Notes: generated from the letters alone by a model not told the origin. A stretch of 64,000 nt of DNA from Candidatus Aegiribacteria sp. (GCA_046498225.1 JAWOBF010000043.1:28636-92635), one strand, 5' to 3'; shown: positions 9,398 through 19,423, counted from the first letter of the stretch. Translations and numbers: made by a program.

Positions 9398-12195
9398 CCC
9401 TCCGGGATGTCTCCATGCCCGGCGCGCTTCACCATCTTCATCACCTCGAAAACACCGAGGTAGAGGAGCGCCGCGCCTGTTATGAACAGCCAGTCCACGG
9501 GACCCGGACCCCTGAAGTAGAGGAAATCTCTGATGAAGGGCGCGTATACGGCTATCAGCGTGAGGCCTATCGAACCGGCTATGGACCAGAGCAGTATCCG
9601 GTTGCTGAAGAAATTGCGGTTGAAGATGGAGGTGCGGGGGAACCGCCTGGACATGATGTTCACGTACTGGCAGAAGGCAATGGTCAGAAAGGCCAGGGTG
9701 GTGGCCCTCAGATATGCGGCCGGAAAGGGCGGTTCAATGCTGGAAACGAAGGCCACGTCCACAGAGCGGAACATTCCCAGGGCGTAGTTGGCGAAGGCCA
9801 GCCCTCCGATCAGCGATCCCAGAAGCAGTATCTCCGGGGAGGTCCGGGAGTTCATGATGTGTTCGGTCTGGTCCCTCGGCGGCGATTTCATTATTCCCGG
9901 GGGAGGCGGGTCGAAGGTGAGACAGGTGAGGGGCATGACCTCGGCCAGCAGGTCTATGGCCAGTATCTGAATGGCCATCATGGGAATGGCCCAGTCGCCC
10001 ATGGCTACGGCCGCCAGGCCCAGGATCACGACCATGAGCTCCGCCATGTTGGTGGTGATGGAAGCGAGGACCGTCTTCTTCAGGTTCCGGTAGATGGTTC
10101 TTCCCTCCCTGACAGCCTCCACCAGGGTGGGAAAGCTGTCGTCAAGGAGAATGAGCTCCGCCGCCTCCTTGGCCACATCGGTCCCGGTAATGCCCATGGC
10201 AACTCCGATGTCGGCCCTCTTCAGCGCAGGTGCGTCGTTTACCCCGTCACCCGTAACCGCAACCACCTGGTCCTGGTCCTCCAGCAGGTTCACTATTCGG
10301 AGCTTGTGCGCGGGGCTCACCCTTGAGAAGATGACGGCGTCCCTGGACATGAGTATTCCAGTGAGTTCATCGTCATCCATATCCTCCAGCTGCGCGCCGG
10401 TGAACACGTCCGGGTCTCCCGATTCGGTAAGGTCTATCTCCCTTCCCACCGCCCTGGCGGTTATGGAGTGGTCCCCTGTCATTACCACTATCCTGACCCT
10501 GGCGTTCCTGCATGCGGCAATGGCCCCTCTGACACCGTCCTTGGGCGGGTCCATCATTCCCACCAGGCCCAGGAACACGACGTCCTTCTCCACATCCTCA
10601 ATGACGTAGTCCTTCCCTCCGGGCTCCAGGGGGCGGAAGGCTATGGCCAGGACCCTGAGGGCCCGGTCGGAGAGTTTCTCGTTCATCTTCCTTATCCGTT
10701 CCCGGTCCTCGTCAGTAATGGGAACGGACTCGCCGTCGCGGTATATGTACTTCGCCACGGAGAGAACACTGTCTGTGGAACCCTTCATTGCAAGCTCCAC
10801 CCGGTCCCCGAACCGCCTGACCGAACTCATCCTCTTCCTCTCGGAATCGAAGGGGAATTCATGCAGCTCCGGGTTTTCCTCGTCCTCCTGGGGACTTCGA
10901 GTCCCCAGTTTCGTGGACATGGTTACAAGGGCCGCCTCGGTGGGGTCCCCCACGGGGTACCAGGAGCTGTGATCGTCGTCCGGAGGATGTATCTCCGCGT
11001 TGGAGGCCATGGTGGCCGCGTCCATCATTATCTCCAGCCGGTCTATCCTCTTCCTGTCCAGGACCTCCCCCCCGGAATCCTTTATGTCACCCTCCGGTTC
11101 GTATCCGATGCCGGTGAAGGTGTACTCCTCGCCGTCGAACCAGGCCCTGGTCACCGTCATCTCGTTCTTGGTGAGAGTGCCCGTCTTATCGGTGCATATC
11201 ACACTGGTGGAGCCCAGGGTCTCTACGGAGGGCAGGCTCTTGACAACGGCCTTCCGGTCCGCCAGCCGCTTGCTGGCGGCTGTGAGCGCCACGGTCACCT
11301 GGGCGGGAAGCGCCTGGGGAACCATGGCAACGGCTATGCCGAGGGCCAGTATCATACTGGTGGTAAGCGAGAATCCCTGCCACATGGCAACTCCGAACAG
11401 GATGGAACTGATTATCACGACTATCACGGTGAGCCATCTCGCCAGGCTTCCCAGCTCCTTCTGGAGGGGTGATGACTCCTCTTCGGTCTCCTGGGCCATG
11501 GTGGCTATCCTGCCCATCTCAGTGTTCATACCGGTCCTGACCACCACACCGGTGGCGCTGCCGGTGGACACTGTGGTCCCCATGAAGGCCATGTTCTCCC
11601 GGTCGGAAATAATGGACTCTTCGGGAATGGGGTTGGTGTGCTTTCCCTGCGGCATGGACTCACCGGTGAGGGAGAATTCCACCGTCCTCAGGTCGAATGA
11701 ATCCAGGAGTCTCATGTCGGCTGGTATCTTGTCCCCCGCTTCCACCTCCACGATATCACCGGGAACTATGAGCCGCTGTGATATCTCGGCAAGTTCTCCG
11801 TCCACCATGACCTTTGCGGGCGATTTTATCAGCTCCCGGAGCTTCTCCAGTATCTTTCCCGCCTTGTACTCCTGCACGAACCCGATTATCGCGTTGATTA
11901 TCACGATGGCGAACATCACCCCGCCGTCGCGGTAGCTGCCGATACCGATGGAAATGGCTCCGCCTACTATGAGCACTATCACCAGGAGGTCGCGGAACTG
12001 TTTCAGGAAAAGGAGCCATTTGGGAACCGATATGTCGGAAACTATCTCGTTGGGTCCGGTCCGTCCCCGGATCTCGTTCGCTTTTTCCCTGGAAAGCCCC
12101 TTCCTGGTCGACCCCAGCTTCTCCAGGGCCTCCTCTCCGGAAAGGCGGTAGAAATCGGTCGTCTCCTGCAGCTGTTCGATGCTGTCGTTAGTCAT
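9394..12195 (-). CDS. Cation-transporting P-type ATPase (P2-type)
   Basis: TGES, DKTGTLT, FDSERKRMS, TGD, TGDGVNDAPALK; about ten TM segments. Confidence 0.96.
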   Translation of the reverse strand: MTNDSIEQLQETTDFYRLSGEEALEKLGSTRKGLSREKANEIRGRTGPNEIVSDISVPKWLLFLKQFRDLLVIVLIVGGAISIGIGSYRDGGVMFAIVIINAIIGFVQEYKAGKILEKLRELIKSPAKVMVDGELAEISQRLIVPGDIVEVEAGDKIPADMRLLDSFDLRTVEFSLTGESMPQGKHTNPIPEESIISDRENMAFMGTTVSTGSATGVVVRTGMNTEMGRIATMAQETEEESSPLQKELGSLARWLTVIVVIISSILFGVAMWQGFSLTTSMILALGIAVAMVPQALPAQVTVALTAASKRLADRKAVVKSLPSVETLGSTSVICTDKTGTLTKNEMTVTRAWFDGEEYTFTGIGYEPEGDIKDSGGEVLDRKRIDRLEIMMDAATMASNAEIHPPDDDHSSWYPVGDPTEAALVTMSTKLGTRSPQEDEENPELHEFPFDSERKRMSSVRRFGDRVELAMKGSTDSVLSVAKYIYRDGESVPITDEDRERIRKMNEKLSDRALRVLAIAFRPLEPGGKDYVIEDVEKDVVFLGLVGMMDPPKDGVRGAIAACRNARVRIVVMTGDHSITARAVGREIDLTESGDPDVFTGAQLEDMDDDELTGILMSRDAVIFSRVSPAHKLRIVNLLEDQDQVVAVTGDGVNDAPALKRADIGVAMGITGTDVAKEAAELILLDDSFPTLVEAVREGRTIYRNLKKTVLASITTNMAELMVVILGLAAVAMGDWAIPMMAIQILAIDLLAEVMPLTCLTFDPPPPGIMKSPPRDQTEHIMNSRTSPEILLLGSLIGGLAFANYALGMFRSVDVAFVSSIEPPFPAAYLRATTLAFLTIAFCQYVNIMSRRFPRTSIFNRNFFSNRILLWSIAGSIGLTLIAVYAPFIRDFLYFRGPGPVDWLFITGAALLYLGVFEVMKMVKRAGHGDIPEG

Positions 12196-12247
12196 TTGAG
12201 GTGGTTCCCGTTCCTGTTCATTATTCTCCCGGGTCTGACCGGGGAAA

Positions 12248-13450
12248 TTACTTCTCGGTTTTCCTCCTGCGCTTTATCTCCTTTATGACCAGCGGTATCA
12301 CTTCGAACAGGTCGGCGACGTACCCCTGGTGGCAGAATTCGAATACCGGGGCGGTTTCGTCCTTGTTCACCGCCAGTATCCTGTCGGCGGACTGCATTCC
12401 AACCCTGTGCTGCACAGCCCCGGAGATGCCGCAGGCCAGGTATATCCTGGGCTGAACGGTCTTTCCGGTCTGACCCACCTGGTGGGGGTAGGGTATCCAG
12501 CCCGCGTCCACCGCGGCCCGGCTGGCCCCGACGCTGCCGTCGAGAAGTCCGGCCAGCTCTTCCAGCATGGAGAAGTTCTCCGGGGACTTCATCCCTCTTC
12601 CTCCGGAGACCAGCACTTCCGCCTCGGTTATGTCGATCTCACCCTCCTCCAGCGGCTTGAACTCCAGGACCTCCGTTCTGCTCACCAGGTCTTCCGGAGA
12701 TACGCCGACTTCCTCTATCTCCCCCCGCCTGCTGTCATCCGGTTCCATGGCCTTCATCACCCGGGGACGCACGGTGGCCATCTGAGGCCTGGTATCCGAG
12801 CAGACGATCGTGGCAAGTATGTTGCCGCCAAAGGCCGGGCGGGTCTGAAGAAGGCCTCCCGTCTCCGGGTCGATGGAAAGTTCCGTACAGTCCGCGGTCA
12901 GGCCCGTATCCAGGTTCTTGGCTATCCTGGGCATCAGGTCCCTTCCGGTGGTGGTGGCGGCGGCCAGGACCACAGCCGGTCTGACCTCGTTTATGACTTT
13001 CTCGGCCAGCTTCGAGAAGGGCTCCGTCCGGAAATGCGCCAGTGCCGGATCCCGGGCCAGGTATACCGTGTCGGCGCCGTAGCTTATCAGCTTCCTCGGC
13101 CAGTCTCCCGGGTCCGAGGTGAACAGCGCCACGGACACCCTGCTCTCATCCGCTCCGGCCAGTCTTCGGGCTTCGCCCAGGAGCTCCAGGGTGGAGTGGT
13201 CCACCGTGCCGTCCCTCTGTTCCGCCAGGACCATTATTCCGGAGTACAGTCCGGTATCGGCTACCTCCGACTCCCCGGTGCGGATGACTATGGCCCCGAA
13301 GGGACAGGACGCTTCGCATGCCCCGCACAGGGTGCACTCATCGCCGATGACGGCAAGCCCGTTCTCCATGTATATGGCTCCGAAGGGGCAGGCGGGAATG
13401 CAGGCTTCGCAGCCTACGCAGGTATCCTTACGGACGTCGATGCTCGCCAT
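12248..13450 (-). CDS. etfA: Electron transfer flavoprotein alpha subunit with N-terminal 2x[4Fe-4S] domain
   Basis: CVGCEACIPACP and CTLCGACEASCP; GLTADCT, RPAFGG, QVGQTG, GISGAVQH. Confidence 0.95.
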   Translation of the reverse strand: MASIDVRKDTCVGCEACIPACPFGAIYMENGLAVIGDECTLCGACEASCPFGAIVIRTGESEVADTGLYSGIMVLAEQRDGTVDHSTLELLGEARRLAGADESRVSVALFTSDPGDWPRKLISYGADTVYLARDPALAHFRTEPFSKLAEKVINEVRPAVVLAAATTTGRDLMPRIAKNLDTGLTADCTELSIDPETGGLLQTRPAFGGNILATIVCSDTRPQMATVRPRVMKAMEPDDSRRGEIEEVGVSPEDLVSRTEVLEFKPLEEGEIDITEAEVLVSGGRGMKSPENFSMLEELAGLLDGSVGASRAAVDAGWIPYPHQVGQTGKTVQPRIYLACGISGAVQHRVGMQSADRILAVNKDETAPVFEFCHQGYVADLFEVIPLVIKEIKRRRKTEK

Positions 13451-14232
13451 TATTCCTCCTCCCCCAGCAGGTAGTCGACGATGTGCTTCGCCATCTCCTC
13501 CGGTTCTCCGCGGTGTATCTCTCCGCCGGCGGGAGCCTCAGGTGTCATTATCCTGACCACCCTGGTGGGAGACCCGTCAAGGCCCACGTCATCGGGCTGG
13601 AGTTCCAGGTCATCTATGCCCCAGACGGGCAGTTCCATCTTCCTGGCCTTCATTTTCCCCCGCAGGGACGGGAGTCTGGGAGTGTTGGCGTCCTTCAGGA
13701 GGGTTATGACCACGGGAAGGGACGACCTTACCACTTCGCATCCGCCCTCAACGTAACGTTCGGCGGTGATACCGTCCCCGGTGAGCTCACTGACCTTTCC
13801 CACGAAGGTTATCTGGGGCCAGTCCAGTGAGGCGGCGATACCGGGACCGGTCTGCGCGGTGTCCCCGTCTATGGCCTGCTTCCCGGTCATGACGATGTCA
13901 ACGTCGCCCAGTTTTTCCACCGCCCTGGCCAGGGTATGGCTGGTGGCCCAGGTGTCCGCCCCGGCGAAGGCCCTGTGGGAAAGCAGCACCGCTTCATCCG
14001 CCCCCATCGCCACCGCTTCCCTGAGCACCGCCTCGGCCTGAGGGGGCCCCATGGTGACTGCGATGACCGTTCCTCCGAGCTGGTCGCGCCACTTCAGGGC
14101 CTCCTCCAGGGCGTACTCGTCGAAGGGGTTCAGTATCGAAGGGACGCCCTCCCTGACAAGGGTTCCCCTCTCCTCGTCTATTCTCACTTCGGCGGTATCC
14201 GGAACCTGTTTTACCGCCACGACTATTCTCAT
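13450..14232 (-). CDS. etfB: Electron transfer flavoprotein beta subunit
   Basis: KQVPD, NPFDEYALE, GADTWAT, GKQAIDGDTAQTGP. Confidence 0.96.
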   Translation of the reverse strand: MRIVVAVKQVPDTAEVRIDEERGTLVREGVPSILNPFDEYALEEALKWRDQLGGTVIAVTMGPPQAEAVLREAVAMGADEAVLLSHRAFAGADTWATSHTLARAVEKLGDVDIVMTGKQAIDGDTAQTGPGIAASLDWPQITFVGKVSELTGDGITAERYVEGGCEVVRSSLPVVITLLKDANTPRLPSLRGKMKARKMELPVWGIDDLELQPDDVGLDGSPTRVVRIMTPEAPAGGEIHRGEPEEMAKHIVDYLLGEEE

Positions 14233-15407
14233 TACTTCCTACTCCTTCTGGCAGTCTCCTTGATCAGCGACGAGGCGATGACGCTCCGCTGTATCTGATT
14301 GGTGCCCTCGTAAATCTGGGTTATCTTCGCGTCCCGCATCATCTTTTCCACGGGATACTCCTTCATGTAACCGTAACCGCCCATTATCTGTACGGCGTCG
14401 GTGGTGACCTTCATGGCCACATCGCTGGCGAAGACCTTGGCCATGGCCGCCTCCTTCTCGAACTTGCGCTCCCCGGCGTCGATCATCCTGGCCGCGCTGA
14501 ATGTCAGCGCCCGCGCGGCCTCCACCTGGGTCGCCATGTCCGCCAGCATGAACTGGATCCCCTGGAAGGAGTCTATCCTCCTGCCGAACTGAACCCGCTC
14601 CGAGGCGTACATGGCGGCCTCGTCCAGAGCGCCCTGAGCTATTCCCACGGCCTGGGCCGCGACCCCGGGACGGGACCTGTCCAGCGTCTTCATGGCCACG
14701 ATGAACCCGTAGCCTTCCCTTGCTATAAGGTTCTCCGCCGGTATCCTGCAGTCCTCGAATATCAGTTCCATGGTGGAGGAAGCCCGAATACCCATCTTGT
14801 CTTCCTTCTTGCCGTAGCTGAATCCGGGGGTGCCCTCCTCCACTATGAAGGCGGAAAGGCCTCTCGCCCCTCTGGAGGGGTCGGTCTGTGCTATCACCGT
14901 ATATATCTGCGCTTCTCCGCCGTTGGTTATCCACTGCTTCGTCCCGTTGAGTATGTAGCTGTCCCCGTCCTTCACCGCCTTCGTCTTGACTCCGCCCGCA
15001 TCGCTTCCGGCTTCCGGCTCGGTCAGGGCGAACGCGGCCAGTTTCTCACCCGAAGCCAGCTGGGGAAGGTACTTCTGTTTCTGTTCTTCGGAGCCCGAGA
15101 GCAGGATCGGCATGGCTCCGAGAGCGTTCGCCGCGAATGAGACCGCCACGCCGCTGCAGGCCTTGCTCAGTTCTTCCGTGGCCACACAGAGCGCCATGCT
15201 TCCGCCTCCGAACATCTCCGCGGAACCGCCGAATTCCTCGGGGATGTAGATGCCGCAGAGGTCGCTCTCGGCTATGACCCTGATGATCTCCGTGGGGAAC
15301 CTGTTCTCCTCGTCCAGCTCCGCCCTGACGGGAATTATGTACTTCTCCGCTATCTCCGCGCAGAGTTCCCTTACGTCATTCAGCTCATCGGAAAGAAAAT
15401 AGTTCAC
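14232..15407 (-). CDS. Acyl-CoA dehydrogenase (butyryl-CoA dehydrogenase-like)
   Basis: FALTEPEAGSD, GTKQWITNG, KMGIR, RVQFG, GGYGY, IYEGTNQIQ; GTG start. Confidence 0.95.
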   Translation of the reverse strand: MNYFLSDELNDVRELCAEIAEKYIIPVRAELDEENRFPTEIIRVIAESDLCGIYIPEEFGGSAEMFGGGSMALCVATEELSKACSGVAVSFAANALGAMPILLSGSEEQKQKYLPQLASGEKLAAFALTEPEAGSDAGGVKTKAVKDGDSYILNGTKQWITNGGEAQIYTVIAQTDPSRGARGLSAFIVEEGTPGFSYGKKEDKMGIRASSTMELIFEDCRIPAENLIAREGYGFIVAMKTLDRSRPGVAAQAVGIAQGALDEAAMYASERVQFGRRIDSFQGIQFMLADMATQVEAARALTFSAARMIDAGERKFEKEAAMAKVFASDVAMKVTTDAVQIMGGYGYMKEYPVEKMMRDAKITQIYEGTNQIQRSVIASSLIKETARRSRK

Positions 15408-15408
15408 T

Positions 15409-16092
15409 TCAAACCGTCCTCTCGATATTGTTCAGGGCGCTTGAGGCAGCTTTTTCAGCGGCCGCTTTCCTGGTGGTTCCCGTACCGGTGCCGGCCTCGT
15501 TTCCATCAACGCTCACGGTGACGGTAAAGACCGGGGCGTGATCCGGCCCGCTCTTATCCATGGTCCTGTATTCGGGGAGTCTCAGTCCCATCGACTGGCA
15601 GTACTCCTGCAGCCTGCTCCGCGGGTCGGGGCCGTGATCGGAACTGGGGGACATGTCCAGTATCTCCCTGCGGATGAACTCCCTGGCGGGTACAAGGCCG
15701 GAATCGGTGTATATGGCCCCTATCAGTGATTCCACGATATCCGCCGCTATCGACAGACGGGCTCCGGGGGAGGATGTGAAACTGCCGCCCACCATGGCCA
15801 GTCTGTCCAGGCCCATTCGTATTCCCTGCCTGGCGAGGTTCTTCTTCCGCACTATCCTTATCTTGCGCCTGGTCAGCATTCCCTCCGGCTCGCGGGGGAA
15901 TCTCGCGAGAAGGTATTCCCTGGTAACAAGCTCAAGAACTGAATCCCCCAGGAACTCGAGCCTCTCGTAGTCCTCCCCGATGCTGCCGGCCCGGTTAAGG
16001 GACCCGTGGGTCAACGCCCTTCGAAGCAGGTCCCTGTCACGGAAGCTGTAGTTAAGCAGCCTCTCCGCCTTCGACAAGGGATCCTCCGCCAT
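15409..16092 (-). CDS. rnc: Ribonuclease III
   Basis: ERLEFLGDSVL signature; dsRBD LQEY..GPDHAPVF. Confidence 0.96.
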   Translation of the reverse strand: MAEDPLSKAERLLNYSFRDRDLLRRALTHGSLNRAGSIGEDYERLEFLGDSVLELVTREYLLARFPREPEGMLTRRKIRIVRKKNLARQGIRMGLDRLAMVGGSFTSSPGARLSIAADIVESLIGAIYTDSGLVPAREFIRREILDMSPSSDHGPDPRSRLQEYCQSMGLRLPEYRTMDKSGPDHAPVFTVTVSVDGNEAGTGTGTTRKAAAEKAASSALNNIERTV

Positions 16093-16097
16093 TTATC

Positions 16098-17339
16098 CTA
16101 ACCTGAATACTTCTTCAGGGCTATGGTAACGTTATGCCCCCCGAAACCCAGAGAGTTGGAGAGGGCGTAGGTCATCTCGGCCTTTCTTGCTTTACCGGGG
16201 ACGTAGTCCAGGTCGCATCCCTCATCTGCATTGAAGAGAGTGGCGGTGGGAGGAATGATGCCTTCCCTGAGGGCAAACGCGGTGAATATCGCTTCCACCG
16301 CCCCCGCGGCGCCAAGCATGTGACCGGTGACTGACTTGGTGGAGGAGACCGGGGTACGCATGGCGTTCTCCGTGCCCAGCGCTGTCTTGATTGCCATGGT
16401 CTCGTTTATGTCGTTCAGCTGTGTGGAAGTGCCGTGAGCGTTTATGTAATCCACGTCTTCAGGGCCGATACCAGCCTCCTCGATGGCCAGGGACATGGCT
16501 CTGGCGGAACCTTCGCCGCCCTCGGCGGGCGCTGTAATGTGGTAGGCGTCGCAGGTCATGCCCGTGCCGACCACCTCGGCGATTATTTCAGCCCCCCGGG
16601 CCCTGGCATGCTCCAGTTCCTCCAGCACCAGGACCGCTCCGCCCTCCGCTATGACGAAACCGTCGCGGTCCCGGTCAAAGGGCCTGGATGCAGTTTCAGG
16701 ATCGTCGTTCCTGGTGGAGAGAGCCTTCAGCTGACAGAATCCGCCCACACCCGTAAGGGTGATGGGAGCCTCCGAACCTCCGGCTAGAATGGCGTCAGCC
16801 TTGCCCAGGACAAGCATATCCATAGCCACGGCGATGGCATGGCCGCTGGTGGCGCAGGCGGTGACCGTAGCCAGGTTCGGCCCCTTTGCGCCAAGGTCTA
16901 TACCTACCCTTCCCGCCGCGATGTTGCTTATCATCATGGGGCAGAAGAAGGGGTTAATTCGATGGACTCCCCTCTCCATGGCCACCTTGTGCTCCTGCTC
17001 CATGGTGGCTATGCCGCCGATGCCCGAACCTATTATGACACCCAGCCTCTCGGGCCGGATACTGTCCCGGAGGTTCGATTCCTCAAAGGACTCCCTGGCC
17101 GCCACCATGGCGAACTGGGTGTACCTGTCGATCCTCTTCACCAGTTTTCTGTCGAAGTGATCCAGGGGATCGAAATTCTTCACCTCTCCGGCTATCTGAC
17201 TGGTGAAAAGCTCGGGGTCTAACAGTGACATCCGTCTTACTCCGCTGATGCCTGACAAAGCGTTCTGCCAGCTTTCAGCAGATGTGTTTCCGACCGGCCC
17301 GATTATTCCGGTTCCGGTAATGACTACTCTTTTTGTCAT
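16098..17339 (-). CDS. fabF: 3-oxoacyl-ACP synthase II
   Basis: TACAT, NAHGTST, KSVTGHMLGAAG, NSLGFGG. Confidence 0.96.
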   Translation of the reverse strand: MTKRVVITGTGIIGPVGNTSAESWQNALSGISGVRRMSLLDPELFTSQIAGEVKNFDPLDHFDRKLVKRIDRYTQFAMVAARESFEESNLRDSIRPERLGVIIGSGIGGIATMEQEHKVAMERGVHRINPFFCPMMISNIAAGRVGIDLGAKGPNLATVTACATSGHAIAVAMDMLVLGKADAILAGGSEAPITLTGVGGFCQLKALSTRNDDPETASRPFDRDRDGFVIAEGGAVLVLEELEHARARGAEIIAEVVGTGMTCDAYHITAPAEGGEGSARAMSLAIEEAGIGPEDVDYINAHGTSTQLNDINETMAIKTALGTENAMRTPVSSTKSVTGHMLGAAGAVEAIFTAFALREGIIPPTATLFNADEGCDLDYVPGKARKAEMTYALSNSLGFGGHNVTIALKKYSG

Positions 17340-17392
17340 GGAATCAATCCCCTGTCGCTATAATTGTCTATTCCCGACCCGTTCTTGCAGTA

Positions 17393-17419
17393 CCGCACCG
17401 CAGCGGGACTGCGGTGCGG
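17393..17419. other. Perfect 11-bp inverted repeat between acpP and fabF
   Basis: CCGCACCGCAG-CGGGA-CTGCGGTGCGG; no U-tract. Confidence 0.7.
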
Positions 17420-17440
17420 CTCATTATCTGAGCTGAAAGG

Positions 17441-17680
17441 CTACTGATCCAGGTCCTGCTCCCGCAGATACTCCACAACCTTTCCCACCGTGGTAAGCTT
17501 GGCGGCTTCCTCTTCGTCTATGCGAAGGCCGAAGGCGTCCTCGAATCCCATGATGAGTTCGTACTGGTCGATGGAATCAGCTCCGAGGTCGGTATCGAAC
17601 TGGGCTTCCATGGTTACCTGCTCGGGCTTCACTCCAAGCTTGTCGATTATGATCTCTTGTACACGGCTTTCAAGTGACAT
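17441..17680 (-). CDS. acpP: Acyl carrier protein
   Basis: 79 aa, acidic; DLGADS(I)D phosphopantetheine serine. Confidence 0.95.
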   Translation of the reverse strand: MSLESRVQEIIIDKLGVKPEQVTMEAQFDTDLGADSIDQYELIMGFEDAFGLRIDEEEAAKLTTVGKVVEYLREQDLDQ

Positions 17681-17693
17681 ATTCTTTCCTTTC

Positions 17694-18416
17694 TCAGGTT
17701 GTCAGTCCGCCATCTACCGGGAGTACTACCCCGGTAATATATGAAGAAACGTCCTCAAGTAGAAAATGTACCGAATCAGCGACGCTCTCCGGCTGCCCCA
17801 TCCGGTTCAGAGGTACCCTGGCGGCGTAATCCTCCCTGACCTTTTCGGGCAGTTCCCTGGTCATCTCCGTCTCTATGAAACCGGGGGCTATGGCGTTGAC
17901 CCTTATGTTCCTGCCGGCGAACTCCCGGGCCAGGGCCCTGGTGAGGCCCAGCAGGCCCGCTTTAGTTGAGGCGTAATTGGCCTGCCCGGCAGCTCCGAGA
18001 ATAGCGACCACCGAAGAGATGTTGATTATGGAGCCCTCCTTCTGTCTCAGCATTCCACGGGAAAACGCCCTGCACATGAGAAAGGCTCCCGTAAGATTCA
18101 CCGACAGGACCGTGTTCCAGTCCGCCATGCTCATCCGCATCAGCAGCCCGTCACGGGTCACGCCGGCGTTGTTCACCAGGCCGAATACCGGTCCCAGCTC
18201 CTTCTCGATCTGCCCTGCCGTCTCATTGACGGACTCCTCGTCGGTGACATCCAGGACCCAGGGGCTGAAACCGGCCCCCAGCTCCCCGGTGACCCTGTCG
18301 AGGTCTTCCTGCAGGATATCGCATCCGGCCACGGACCATCCGGACCCTACCAGTTTCCTAGAAATCGCATAACCGATACCCCGCGCGGCACCGGTGACTA
18401 CTGCCAGTCTGCTCAA
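17694..18416 (-). CDS. fabG: 3-oxoacyl-ACP reductase
   Basis: TGAARGIG, NNAGVTRD, YASTK; fab-cluster position. Confidence 0.95.
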   Translation of the reverse strand: MSRLAVVTGAARGIGYAISRKLVGSGWSVAGCDILQEDLDRVTGELGAGFSPWVLDVTDEESVNETAGQIEKELGPVFGLVNNAGVTRDGLLMRMSMADWNTVLSVNLTGAFLMCRAFSRGMLRQKEGSIINISSVVAILGAAGQANYASTKAGLLGLTRALAREFAGRNIRVNAIAPGFIETEMTRELPEKVREDYAARVPLNRMGQPESVADSVHFLLEDVSSYITGVVLPVDGGLTT

Positions 18417-18436
18417 TTCGATCCCCCCCTGTTCCG

Positions 18437-19423
18437 TTACCAGTGCAGAATCATGCCGCCCCAGGTCAGGCCGGCGCCGAAAGCGGCCAGCACCACGGTA
18501 CTGGATTCCCGTATCGCTTCGCTTCGCCTGGCCTCATCGAGGGCAATGGGTATGGACGCGGCTGAAGTGTTGCCGTACTTCTGAATATTGATGAACACCT
18601 GCTCCGGTTCGAGCTCCAGCGCTCTGGCCGTGGCGTCGATGATCCTCAGGTTGGCCTGATGGGATACCAGCAGGTCAACGTCCTTCTTCTCCGTCCCGTC
18701 CTTCTTCAGGGCTTCCATACAGGAGTCGTGCATCGCCCTTACGGCGTGCTTGAATATGCGGGAGCCGTTCATGAATATGGTGTGGTCGTTCCTGTCGACG
18801 GTCTCGTGGGAGGCGGGATTGATGGACCCTCCGGCATGCATGATGAGATGTTCGCCCAGCGAACCGTCGCTCCCCCAGTGCCAGCCCCCCAGTCTGCCGC
18901 CGGGTCCCTCCGAGGAGACCGCCACTGCTCCCGCGCCGTCGCCGAAGAGGATGCAGCTGGACCTGTCATCCCAGTTGGTTATCTTGGTGAGGCAATCGGC
19001 GCCGACCACTATCATCCTGTCCATGATACCGGATTCCACGAAAGCCTTGGCCTGGATAAGTCCGTACACGAAAGCGGTGCACCCGGCCTCGAAATCGTAG
19101 GCGGGAATCTTGCCCATACCGAGCTCCGTCGCCACCAGCGCTGCGGTGGAGGGAAACGGATAATCCGGAGTGACCGTTCCCACTATGATCCCCTGCACAT
19201 CCCCGGGTTCCCAGCCGGCCATGTCCAGGGCGTTCTCCACCGCTTCGGTCACAAGCCGGGAGGTGCCGGTACCCTCTTCCGTCTTCCGTCTTTCCTTGAT
19301 GCCCGTCCTGCTGGTGATCCATTCGTCGGATGTATCGACGATCTTCTCAAGGTCGGCATTGGTTATCACACCCTCCGGCACTCCATGACCGGTCCCGACT
19401 ATGTAGGCGTTCCTGTTCACCAT
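18437..19423 (-). CDS. fabH: 3-oxoacyl-ACP synthase III
   Basis: DTSDEWITSRTGI, AGCT, HQAN, GNTSAAS; start trimmed to ATG 19423 to avoid overlap with plsX. Confidence 0.95.
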   Translation of the reverse strand: MVNRNAYIVGTGHGVPEGVITNADLEKIVDTSDEWITSRTGIKERRKTEEGTGTSRLVTEAVENALDMAGWEPGDVQGIIVGTVTPDYPFPSTAALVATELGMGKIPAYDFEAGCTAFVYGLIQAKAFVESGIMDRMIVVGADCLTKITNWDDRSSCILFGDGAGAVAVSSEGPGGRLGGWHWGSDGSLGEHLIMHAGGSINPASHETVDRNDHTIFMNGSRIFKHAVRAMHDSCMEALKKDGTEKKDVDLLVSHQANLRIIDATARALELEPEQVFINIQKYGNTSAASIPIALDEARRSEAIRESSTVVLAAFGAGLTWGGMILHW

